Of a stretch of 50,482 nucleotides of DNA, positions 1-11,193 are shown one piece after another. The notes below the pieces were generated by a model. It made no database searches, had not been told where the DNA came from, and saw only the letters and a program-made list of their open reading frames with translations. The position numbers and the translations under genes are program-made. The DNA lies in assembly GCF_001194135.2 (NCBI RefSeq), contig NC_068988.1:87457198-87507679 (forward strand), written 5' to 3'. Positions within the stretch are counted from its first letter, which is position 1, and the number at the start of each line of letters is the position of its first letter. The stretch is from Octopus bimaculoides. Lineage: Eukaryota.

Positions 1-207
1 GTGGCCGTTTTCGTGCGGGTGACACGTAAAAGCACCCACTACACTCTCTGAGTGGTTGGCGTTAGGAAGGGCATCCAGCTGTAGAAACTCTGCCAAATTA
101 AACTGGAGCCTGGTGTTGCCATCCGGTTTCACCAGTCCTCAGTCAAATCGTCCAACCCATGCTAGCATGGAAAGCGGACGTTAAACGATGATGATGATGA
201 TGATGAT
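1..207 (+). mobile_element. RTE-type LINE 3' tail ending in (GAT)n, young copy
   Basis: About 2 mismatches versus 29909-30117 over roughly 200 bp. The same tail is joined to RTE ORF2 fragments at 15290 and 38830. Confidence 0.8.
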
Positions 208-269
208 ATATATGTATATACACAGACACGCAGGAAGTAAATAGACGCCTTTTATTTTCAAAATCTTTT

Positions 270-648
270 ATTTTATATTTATTGGTTGTAAGAGAAGTTT
301 TCTTCTAGCTGCTCGTCTATAATACCCAAGCTTATTCAGATATATAACACACATTCTTGGACTAACTTCTAGCTGTTTTGCAATGTCAGAAGCCTTCGAA
401 CGGGGGTTCATTTTCCATAATTCTCTTCAAACAGCGAAGCTTCCTTTCTGAGGGCCCAGGTTGGCTGGGATGAGAATCAGTTGATTCTTTTCCTTGGCTT
501 TTGAATTGCACTATAATTCTACTAACTGTAACAAGTGGAATTTGAAGATTTCGGCAATTTTTCACTGGCTAAGACCAGCCTCAGATTGCCCAACAATACA
601 ACCACTTTAAAAATCTGACAGTTCTGCTGAATTTTTTGGGCATGGCAT
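270..648 (-). mobile_element. Decayed Tc1-like transposase N-terminus (HTH region)
   Basis: The minus strand reads [31 protein letters not shown]...[13 protein letters not shown]...LGYYRRAARRKLLL, with stops and frameshifts. Confidence 0.75.
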
Positions 649-1597
649 GGTTACTCTTCACAAATGTTTAATATAATGGCACCTGGAATGAAAAAGAATA
701 ATCACATTGTAAATTCTACACCTCTGAAAACCTATTAAGATGCTTAGATCAGAAAATTAGATTGAAAATTAAATGTGTCTATTTACTTCCTCCANNNNNN
801 NNNNNNNNNNNNNNNNNNNNNNNNNNNNNNNNNNNNNNNNNNNNNNNNNNNNNNNNNNNNNNNNNNNNNNNNNNNNNNNNNNNNNNNNNNNNNNNNNNNN
901 NNNNNNNNNNNNNNNNNNNNNNNNNNNNNNNNNNNNNNNNNNNNNNNNNNNNNNNNNNNNNNNNNNNNNNNNNNNNNNNNNNNNNNNNNNNNNNNNNNNN
1001 NNNNNNNNNNNNNNNNNNNNNNNNNNNNNNNNNNNNNNNNNNNNNNNNNNNNNNNNNNNNNNNNNNNNNNNNNNNNNNNNNNNNNNNNNNNNNNNNNNNN
1101 NNNNNNNNNNNNNNNNNNNNNNNNNNNNNNNNNNNNNNNNNNNNNNNNNNNNNNNNNNNNNNNNNNNNNNNNNNNNNNNNNNNNNNNNNNNNNNNNNNNN
1201 NNNNNNNNNNNNNNNNNNNNNNNNNNNNNNNNNNNNNNNNNNNNNNNNNNNNNNNNNNNNNNNNNNNNNNNNNNNNNNNNNNNNNNNNNNNNNNNNNNNN
1301 NNNNNNNNNNNNNNNNNNNNNNNNNNNNNNNNNNNNNNNNNNNNNNNNNNNNNNNNNNNNNNNNNNNNNNNNNNNNNNNNNNNNNNNNNNNNNNNNNNNN
1401 NNNNNNNNNNNNNNNNNNNNNNNNNNNNNNNNNNNNNNNNNNNNNNNNNNNNNNNNNNNNNNNNNNNNNNNNNNNNNNNNNNNNNNNNNNNNNNNNNNNN
1501 NNNNNNNNNNNNNNNNNNNNNNNNNNNNNNNNNNNNNNNNNNNNNNNNNNNNNNNNNNNNNNNNNNNNNNNNNNNNNNNNNNNNNNNNNNNNNNNNN

Positions 1598-1628
<31 letters not shown>

Positions 1629-1634
1629 TATGTT

Positions 1635-1834
1635 ATGTGTGTCTGTGTTTGTCACCCCTGCCATCGTTTGACAACCGATGCTTGTATGTTTACATCTCCA
1701 TAATCTAAAAGTTCGGCAACAGGAACCGATAGAATAAGTACTAGACTTACAAAGAATAAGTTCTGAGGTCGATTTGTTCAACTAAAGGCGATGCTCCATC
1801 ATGGCCACTGTCAAATGACTGAAACAAATAAGAG

Positions 1835-1835
<1 letters not shown>
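1635..1835 (+). mobile_element. tRNA-SINE family A, 3' half
   Basis: Matches the 3' half of the full copies at 6032-6402 and 47774-48160. Confidence 0.8.
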
Positions 1836-1889
<54 letters not shown>

Positions 1890-2308
1890 AAACAGAGTTT
1901 GTGTGTGTGTCTGTGTGTGGTGCTTATGTTCCTTATAGATTTGAAAACTGAGTTGCTGATTTTGACGTATGAGGTTTCAAAAGATTCAGCAATCTTTCTC
2001 CTACTAAATGAAGTATGTTTTTTGCCCAACAGCTCTTATTGACTACAAAAATAACCTCAGAAATGAGGTTGGGTCTCACAATTATGAAGTAATTTTCAGG
2101 CTGTATTTACTCTTGTAACATTTACACTACATATACATATACTAGCAATGCACCCCAGTGTTTCCCAGGTGTTATGACCCACAGCCACATTGTATTATTT
2201 ATATGTATATACTCAATTTTCTAGTTCAAGCGGAACACAATGCACTCCGGCGAAACTCAGGTCATTGATGACAATAACACCTTGACCAACTGGTATTGCA
2301 GTACATGT

Positions 2309-2519
2309 CTCTCTTTTACTCTTTTACTCGTTTCAGTCATTTGACTGCGGCCATGCTGGAGCACCGCCTTTAGTCGAGAAAATCGACCCCAGGACTTATT
2401 CTTTGTAAGCCTAGTACTTATTCTATCGGTCTCTTTTGCCGAACCACTAAGTTACAGGGATGTAAACACACCAGCATCGGTTGTCAAGCGATGGTGGAGG
2501 AACAAACACAGACACACAA

Positions 2520-2568
<49 letters not shown>

Positions 2569-2751
2569 TACGACACGCTTCTTTCAGTTTCCGTCTACCA
2601 AATCCACTCACAAGGCTTTGGTCGGCCCGAGGCTATAGTAGAAGAAACTTGCCCAAGGTGCCACTGCCACCTTGGGCAAGTGTCTTCTACTATAGCCGGA
2701 ACCCGGAACCATGCGGTTGGTAGGCAAGGTACTTACCACACAGCCACTCCT
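2309..2751 (-). mobile_element. tRNA-SINE family A (about 400 bp) carrying an inverted templated insertion
   Basis: Colinear with 3491-3892 except at 2664-2699. (AAGAGT)n-type tail. Confidence 0.9.
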
Positions 2752-2934
2752 CCAGTCAGCGAACACGGTGTGCATCCCGACCAGTGAAGAGACACGCACC
2801 TTGGGCAGACTCACGTGTGTACATGACTTTAATTTGTCCTCTTGATAAAATAAGTATTCGTCAAGCACTGAGGGTGACGTCATCGACTTCCCCTCCCCTC
2901 AAAAACTACTGTACCAAAATTTGAAACCCTTGTT

Positions 2935-3385
2935 ATAACTAAGACAGTGATCTGGCAGAATCATTAGCATACCTGGGTAAAATGCTTTGTGGCATTTTGC
3001 CCATCTTTACATTCTGAGTTCAAATTCCGCCGAGGTCATCTTTTCGGGATCAAATGAAATAAGTACCAGTTAAACACTGGAGTCAATGTAATCGACTTCC
3101 CCTCCCCTCAAAAACTGCTGGCACTGTGTTAAAATTTGAATCCATTATATCATCCTTACTCAAGTTAGCAAGAAGGCAGAGTAGTTAGAGCATTGGGGCA
3201 GTGGGCGGGTGCTCTGTGGTATTTCTTCCAACCTTTTACGTTCTGAGTTCAAAATCCACTGAGGTCAACTTTGCATTTTCTCCCTCTGGGAGAGTGAACA
3301 TAAATATCAGTGAATTACTGAAGTTGAATTGCGTTGATGCAAGCTTACCTAACGTTAATCACTGGCCTTGTGCCTAACTTAGTAA
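2935..3385 (+). mobile_element. Two degenerate family B (Nin-domain-like) SINE copies
   Basis: Contain ttctgagttcaaattcc...gaggtc...aagtaccagt, the motif of the full copy at 41701-41932. Confidence 0.7.
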
Positions 3386-3490
3386 CCATTATATCATTTC
3401 TTTATTATTTCTTTCCTTCCCTTTTTTTTTGTTTCTTTACATTCTTTCGTTCTAATGACTTTCGCACTCTTCCTCACATTTCTCCTCTTC

Positions 3491-3892
3491 CTCTTTTACT
3501 CTTTTACTCTTTTATTTGTTTCAGTCATTTGACTGTGGCCATGCTGGAGCACCGCCTTTAGTCGAGCAAATCGACCCCAGGACTTATTCTTTGTAAGCCT
3601 AGTACTTATTGTATCGGTCTCTTTTGCCGAACCGCTAAGTTACGGGGACGTAAACACACCAGCATCGGTTGTCAAGCGATGTTGGGGGGGACAAACACAA
3701 GCATATACACACACATATATATATATATACGACGGGCTTCTTTCAGTTTCCGTCTACCAAATCCACTCACAAGGCTTTGGTCGGCCCGAGGATATAGTAG
3801 AAGACACTTGCCCAAGGTGCCACGCAGTGGGACTGAACCCGGAACCATGTGGTTGGTAAGCAAGCTACTTACCACACAGCCACTCCTACGCC
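3491..3892 (-). mobile_element. tRNA-SINE family A, full length, young
   Basis: Head GGCGTAGGAGTGGCTGTGTGG with A/B-box-like motifs, central (TA)n, CpGs intact. Confidence 0.92.
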
Positions 3893-5634
3893 TAGTAACT
3901 ATTTTTTTTTCTAGCTTCATTCTTTCCTTCCCTTTTTTTTGTTTTTTTTTTGTTTCTTTACATTCTTTCGTTCTAATGACTTTCGCACTCTTCCTCACAT
4001 TTCTCCTCTTCCAGTAACTATTTTTTTTTCCTGCTCCATTTTTTCCTTCCCATTAAATAACTTGGCCTTTTCTTTTTATCTTCCCTCCTTCTCTCCCTTA
4101 TTCCTTTTTCTCCATCCTTCTCCCACTCTTCCCTCTTCTGTAACTTTTCATTTACACGATAACAGACACAAATATGGATGGATGTACGCATGTGTGTATG
4201 TACGCACGCACGCACATATATGTATATGAGAACATCTTGTAAACAAACTAAGAAGTACCGAGCGGGCTGGTATTCTACAGAAAATAAAGAAATTCTCGAA
4301 CGCGGACAGCTTAGAAAACTGCGTAAACACGGCACTTTACGTTTTGTAAAAGTAATTACCCAATTTTCTAAGCTGATGTCACAACCTATGTGCGTTCTAC
4401 AATACCTTTATTTCTTCTGTCAATCTGCCTCTGTGTGTATACGCCATAGAAACCGGGGAACCAAGCCCATGTGCCTGGCTAGGCTTTAAAAGTGTGCATA
4501 TATATATATATATATGTAATGAAATCTAAAAACGCCGTCTAGACTACGCAACCCTCAACTGTTAGTAGCTACGATACCATATTTCTACATTAATAACTCT
4601 CCAATCCATGCCAGCATGGAACATAGACATTAAGTGGAATGCTAGAAGAAAGTTTTCAACTCATATGTATATAAAGTAAATACACGTAATTCAGAAACAC
4701 GTTTTGTGTATTTTATTTCTTAACCAAACAAATAGGTACAGATTATAAATAATGAAAGGCCAATTTTTTGTGAAGACCCCTACCACTATACCGATAGGTA
4801 ACTGTGCAGACAAAATTTACAATCGATAAATGTCTTAGAGCAACCAGTCTCTGATCTGGGGAGGCCTTGAAATCAATGTTACCAACTGGGGACTATGTGT
4901 GTCGCAGTAATAATAAAAAGACTCAAAGGAAGTCTGCAACGAAATAATTTTACTCAACACTTTGTAAGTGAATCAGTGGAGGCAAAGATGCGTCTCATTT
5001 ACTTGACCACATTGCAGAAATCACGATGTAAGTATATCTGAAAGGGTAGTCTTACACTGTTGTACCGTTGAATTACAAATAATGCTCATCTGTTATGTTC
5101 GGGTTAAAATTTCATCAACATCAGAAATATATGAATTTTCATGGGAGTTATGGCCGTTATGCATAGAATATAATTTNNNNNNNNNNNNNNNNNNNNNNNN
5201 NNNNNNNNNNNNNNNNNNNNNNNNNNNNNNNNNNNNNNNNNNNNNNNNNNNNNNNNNNNNNNNNNNNNNNNNNNNNNNNNNNNNNNNNNNNNNNNNNNNN
5301 NNNNNNNNNNNNNNNNNNNNNNNNNNNNNNNNNNNNNNNNNNNNNNNNNNNNNNNNNNNNNNNNNNNNNNNNNNNNNNNNNNNNNNNNNNNNNNNNNNNN
5401 NNNNNNNNNNNNNNNNNNNNNNNNNNNNNNNNNNNNNNNNNNNNNNNNNNNNNNNNNNNNNNNNNNNNNNNNNNNNNNNNNNNNNNNNNNNNNNNNNNNN
5501 NNNNNNNNNNNNNNNNNNNNNNNNNNNNNNNNNNNNNNNNNNNNNNNNNNNNNNNNNNNNNNNNNNNNNNNNNNNATTTATATATATATAGATCAATAAT
5601 GTTAATGATATGTAATTGTAAGATATTAAGCTTC

Positions 5635-5796
5635 AAGAAGTTAAAAAATTTTTTTGACTAAAACACAACTGGAACCCTAAGTAAGGCATGTGTAAAATTT
5701 GAATGAAATTGGTTGCGTAGTTCTCGAGTTTTAGGGATTCACACACACACACACAGAGACAGACAGACAGACATTCTCATTTTTATATATATAGAT
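5635..5796 (+). mobile_element. 3' part of a Helitron/Helentron-type non-autonomous element (Lep1/HINE-like)
   Basis: aaaatttgaatgaaattggttgcgtagttctcgagtt, then (CA)n(GACA)n, ending atttttatatatatagat. Recognised by pattern only. Confidence 0.5.
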
Positions 5797-6031
5797 CAAT
5801 AATGTTAATGATATGTAATTGTAAGATATTAAGCTTCCAGTAGTCCCACGTTTGCAAGTTAACTTCGGATCCCTTAACGACAGTGTAACCTTGTTTAACT
5901 AAGGTATATTCGGCCTAATGTGTAGCTAGAGGAGTGCCCCTCGTTAAGTAATTATTACTTTTGTATGTAGCCAGGGTTTTGCCTGTTTCATTCCATCAAT
6001 TTGGATTGTATATAACGTAAATATATAGATA

Positions 6032-6402
6032 GGCGCAGGAGTGGCTGTGTGGTAAGTAGCTTGTTTACCAACCACATGGTTCCGGGTTCAGTCCCACTGC
6101 GTGACACCTTGGGCAAGTGTCTTCTACTATAGCTTCGGACCGACTAAAGCCTTGTGAGTGAAACTGAAAGCCCGTCGTGTATATATATGTGTGTTTGTGT
6201 GTCTGTGTTTGTCCCCCAATATCGCTTGACAACCGATGCTGGTGTGTTTACGTACTAGTAATATAGCGGTTCGGCAAAAGTGACCGATAGAATAAGTACT
6301 AGGCTTACAAAAAATAAGTCATGGAATCGATTTCTTCGACTTAAGGCGGTGCTCCAGCATGGCCGCAGTCAAATGACTGAAACAAGTGCAAGAGTAAAGA
6401 GA
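6032..6402 (+). mobile_element. tRNA-SINE family A, near full length
   Basis: Same consensus as 47774-48160. Confidence 0.92.
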
Positions 6403-6694
6403 TACATAGGTGTATAAATGCATATATATTCACACACACGCATACGCCTGAGCGCGCGTGTATGCATACATTTATGTATTTGTACACATCACTGCTTGGC
6501 GTATCTATAAGCTTATAAAAAGCAAGTTTGTGCGTTTATCGCTAATTTCACTGAATAAAAGTGGTAATAAGGTAGGTTTTTTGTGTGTTTTCAACTAATT
6601 TGACCTCCGTCATGTTTCCCTATGCCCCCTCCCCAGGTTTGAGGATGGACTACAATTTGAAGGTCGGAAGTATGGAAGTTTTTATAGACACCCT

Positions 6695-6743
<49 letters not shown>

Positions 6744-7029
6744 GAGAATATACAAATAATAACAACAGACGAGGACAGGTGGTGTAAATAACAAAAGTAT
6801 ATATTAGTATATATATATATATAAATGAAATATTCAAACACTGAGATTTGAAGTTAGATGTCACTACTGTTCATATCATCTGTGGATAAATTCAAAATTT
6901 GATGATATCACCATATATATATGTGTGTATATATATGTGTGTATGTATGTGTGTGTGTGTGTGTGTGAATAGGTATGTATGTAGATAGATAGATAAATAG
7001 ATAAATCAATTTTCAATGAAAGAGGCGCG

Positions 7030-7424
7030 ACCAAATACTGCTATTTGATTGGTCAATTTCAGTTAACACCTCCTTCTTTATTTTTCTTTTCTTTTTTTCT
7101 TTCCTACTTTCTTAGTCAATTGGACTGTCCTTATTAGTGGTTCAGTCTCAGGCGCTCAAGCAGTACCTCACACACGAATCCACCGAGAAACATTTGTATT
7201 CTCATATACACATACTCGGGATATCTGATTGGTGCACACATTGATTTCGTTACTTCTGTTCGAAAGAATTCAAGCGTGTTAAGCGTGTGCACCCGTCTTC
7301 TCGCTCTCCCAAACACACATATATATATATATAAATTTACCTACAAAAAAATACTTTTGAAGTACGCAAACTGATTGCTACGTATATATACGTGGGTTCT
7401 GTTTGATGCTGGTTGGAAGTATGT
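7030..7424 (+). promoter_or_regulatory. Candidate GLDC promoter and non-coding first exon
   Basis: CpG-retaining unique sequence. ATTGG (reverse CCAAT) at 7048, 7119 and 7228; Inr-like TTCAGTC at 7141; AA|GTATGT donor at 7419. Inference only. Confidence 0.3.
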
Positions 7425-7762
7425 AAACCTTTTCTGTACCTTACTTTACGTATCTCTCTATCAACATATCTAGCTTGTCTCTTAAGCGTATATGTCTATT
7501 TGGCTATCTGTTTTAACTGTATGTTAATTTATATGTAACTTCTTTCTGTAGAACAATTAATATATATAGTATGCATCAGGAACCTGATAAAGAAATCGTG
7601 TGTACACAGTCTTTGTACATGTTTTTTTTTTCTTTTTTATTTTATATATTCTCAAGTTTATATATACACATTTGTTCACTGATCCGCAGAGTTGATTTCG
7701 AAATGTTGACGTGTATATATTATTTTAATCATACGTCGGCTTTATTTCTTCATATATATATT

Positions 7763-7801
<39 letters not shown>

Positions 7802-8957
7802 CTAACGACTTAACTCAACTGGAACACACACACACACGGCGAAGTTCGCTTCGCTGTCATGAGATTTCGCGTTCAGTCCCACGCTGTGGCATCATCGGCA
7901 AGTGAAACTGGGTCGATGGAGACATTGGAAAACTTATTGGATGGGATTTTACGTGTAATTTAAAGGACCAGTCTCTTAACGCGTCGTGTCGTGCTGCTTC
8001 TGCCTGGGAGTTGCACTAAGAGTACATGTGTCTGCGGAATACTCAGCCATTTAGTGATTCAATCAGTGAGCCGCTCAGTCCGAGTTGAGATACTCATCGT
8101 CGAAACCGACTTAGATCCGTTTATTTTACATATTTCGGATTATTTTACTCTTCACACACACGCATATGTATGTGTGTGTGTTTGTGCGTGTGTATGTGTT
8201 TATGTTGCGATATAAGGAAATGTATTTTGATGTTAAACATGCACCTGGGTCTAAAATCGAATTTTAAAACCCAGGTGCATTTTCAACCCCAAAACCATTT
8301 TCCTCTTGCAGGCGCACGCACACACATACATTCACTCGCGTGCACACACACACACACACACACACGGTGACCATAAAGTCTGGATACAGGATCAGTATCA
8401 TTAATATTTCTTGTCTTTTTTTTCTTCCACATTGATTATGACTTTGTATAAAGGGTGGAATTCTGGTTTATCTCATATCTTTTTTAAATGTTTTTAGAAT
8501 TTGCAGAAATTTTTGCGACTTTGTGATTTACACACTAGAATTCATACAATTATTTAAAAAAAAGATTTGTGTGTGTGTGTGTGATGGGAGTAATTTAACT
8601 GTTATTTTAGTACAAGGAAGGAATTGGTTTGGTACTACTCATTTGACGCGATGGATCATCATATCGACAGGTAGCAGATGCTTTCAATTTATGTAATCTT
8701 AGAAGCCCCCCATCCATTGCCTTTACCCCAGTGTGGAAGGTGATTCAGAAATTCACAGGCACTTGTCTTGGACAAAAACCCCATTCCGGACAACCAACTG
8801 TAACAATTAAAACGAAAAAAGCTGTCATGTTGTTGTTTTTTTTTTTTAATCTTTTTGCGTAACCAGACTTTCCGGTCACCTTGTATATTTGTGTGTATGT
8901 GTTTCTTCCCTTCGTCTCGTCAATTTTTTTTTCTTATATATCTGATATTTCTTGCAG

Positions 8958-9072
8958 GGAATGAAACAAATCGCCAGCCCATGACCTAAAAACCAAAAGC
9001 TAAACGAAAACAGAGAAGAAAAAGAAAAACGGGAAAAACAAGCTTATACAAAACTATCCCCTCTAGACAACA
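8958..9072 (+). other. GLDC: Putative GLDC 5' UTR part of the ATG exon, containing two uORFs
   Basis: A pyrimidine tract and ttcttgcAG|G acceptor lie at 8956-8957. ATGs at 8961 (MKQIASP*) and 8981 (MT*). Confidence 0.5.
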
Positions 9073-9345
9073 ATGGCTTCACTAAGCAGAAATCTGGGGA
9101 GTTTTCGAAACCTCTCTCTATGTAATCGTCTGTGTAAGATCTACGACATCCGAACAGTGACTTCCAACAACAGTTTCAGTCGGTGCCAGATCATGGGACA
9201 ACTACCGGCAGTTTACATGCTGTCTCGTAGGGATTCATCCAGTTTATTGGCCAAGAACTATCCCGAGTTTGAACTGTTCCAGTCCAGGCATTTAGGTCCT
9301 CGTGTAAAGGAGACACAAGCCATGTTAGAGTTCATTGGTTATTCC
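9073..9345 (+). CDS. GLDC: Glycine dehydrogenase (decarboxylating), mitochondrial: first coding exon, 91 aa, with putative mitochondrial presequence
   Basis: ATG in strong context (acaATGg). The N-terminus is rich in R/S/L and poor in acidic residues. FQSRHLGP...TQAMLEFIGYS matches the P-protein FxxRHIGP...ML motif. The exon ends at a TCC|GTAAGT donor (phase 0). Confidence 0.95.
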
Positions 9346-10317
9346 GTAAGTAAAGTTTGTGTTAACATTGTTGTTTGGTCCTCATGTTCCCATGTCCAGC
9401 AGTATGCTAATAAACGGTCTCCATGCCCAATTCCGAGTCACTGACCACTTTGACTATCTATCTATTTATCTGTCTGTCTGTCTATTTTTTGTCTAGTTAT
9501 CTATCTATCTATCTATCATTTATCTATGTGTCTGTGGATCGGGTTTTCTTTCTTTAAATTCGTAATTTTCGTTGTATAAAACTCACTGGAAAAAAAAAAA
9601 AAGAAAGAGATAAAACGGATTGGGTGCAAAGAAAAAACAAACTACCCTTTTCCTTTCCCGTGAAATTAGGGACTTTTGTCAGGACAACCATTCCAAAACT
9701 CCGCCCCCAAAACTTACAACTTTACTTGTAAATTCTGAAAATCTCATGAAATCTACTGGTGTCTTCGTTGTTATTTCCCCACCCCCGTTCAAACACACAT
9801 GATCAGAGTTGTTCTCGCCATGATAACCGTCTTTTTGTTTATCTGAGACTACTTTGCTCCACGTGCACTTACGCTGTTAAAGAGAGTAGTATGTGATTTG
9901 AGGAAATGTGGTCGTTATTTCTTGCTGGGCGAGCAATCGCTTAGAGGCTGCCTCATTGTTGCTTGTAGCTTGGAGTGGTTGTATATTGTAGATGTGATGG
10001 TGAATGGTAGTGATTGTAAATTACTGAGCAAAGGTGTTCTAAATTTTACATCTTCATCAATAGATTTTTCCTCATCGATTTCCATTATTTCTATCGTTGT
10101 TCTTACTTTCCAAGGTAGTCTTTCTCGATTTTAATGTTGTTTCATTGTGGGTGGAGAAGAGGGCTGCGTGAGTGTGTGTAAAAAAGAGACGGACAAATTA
10201 CCATGTTTAATAATATTGATAATAATGATTTCTTTATTAACCACTAAGGGTTTGCAAGCAAATCGAGGACTACATGAAGGCGTCTAAACAGTAAAAAAAA
10301 TAATAATGATAATAATA

Positions 10318-10693
10318 AACAAGAATACTCAGAGAGCACAAACCTCCACCAAGGCAACACTAATATCCTCTCAACGATTAGCTAGAGATGATTTTTTAAA
10401 ATGAGAATATCTGAAATAAACCCGACTACTTTCACAATGGAGAATACTAAAAATTAGCACAACCGCTCTCAAAAATTAAGTAAGAAAAAAATAGAAAAAT
10501 AATCCAGAATCCTTGTCCTGTACCGGATCGACCCCAAAATCTAATCAGTTCGTGCCAGTCACGAGGCCAAACATCCTTGAAAGTTTCATCCGAATCCATC
10601 CAGCGGTTCTAAGAACCGCTGGATGGATTTGTGTTTGTTTGTCCGGACAAACAAACACACAAACACGACTGTTTGTGCGGAGGCGGAGGTAAT
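10318..10693 (+). mobile_element. Helentron-associated (HINE/Pearl-like) non-autonomous element inserted in (TAA)n
   Basis: Subterminal inverted repeat acctccacc (10342-10350) / ggcggaggt (10682-10690), an internal (ACAA)n tract, and aataataa on both flanks. Confidence 0.55.
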
Positions 10694-11193
10694 AATAAAA
10701 CCAAATAATAACCTTTCTAATTTTAGAACATTTTAGAGCAATTTTTAGGATGAGGGAAGTTGATTACATCGACCCCAGTGCTCAACTGGTACTATTTTAT
10801 CGACCCCCGAAAAAAATGAAAGAGGAGGTTGACCTCGACGGCATTTGAACTCAGAACGTGGAGACGATTGAAATGCCACTNNNNNNNNNNNNNNNNNNNN
10901 NNNNNNNNNNNNNNNNNNNNNNNNNNNNNNNNNNNNNNNNNNNNNNNNNNNNNNNNNNNNNNNNNNNNNNNNNNNNNNNNNNNNNNNNNNNNNNNNNNNN
11001 NNNNNNNNNNNNNNNNNNNNNNNNNNNNNNNNNNNNNNNNNNNNNNNNNNNNNNNNNNNNNNNNNNNNNNNNNNNNNNNNNNNNNNNNNNNNNNNNNNNN
11101 NNNNNNNNNNNNNNNNNNNNNNNNNNNNNNNNNNNNNNNNATTATTGTATGGATAGAAACTCGATTTTGTTTTCTGATTAATAAAGAGGGTAG

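Noticed and set aside
7134-7316. 60-aa minus-strand ORF suggesting a divergent neighbouring gene
   Set aside because: No recognisable motif and no linked downstream exons found in 1-7100.
9346-9444. Extension of the GLDC ORF past the donor (VSKVCVNIVV...)
   Set aside because: Similarity to P protein stops at a canonical GTAAGT donor and resumes in frame at 26881.
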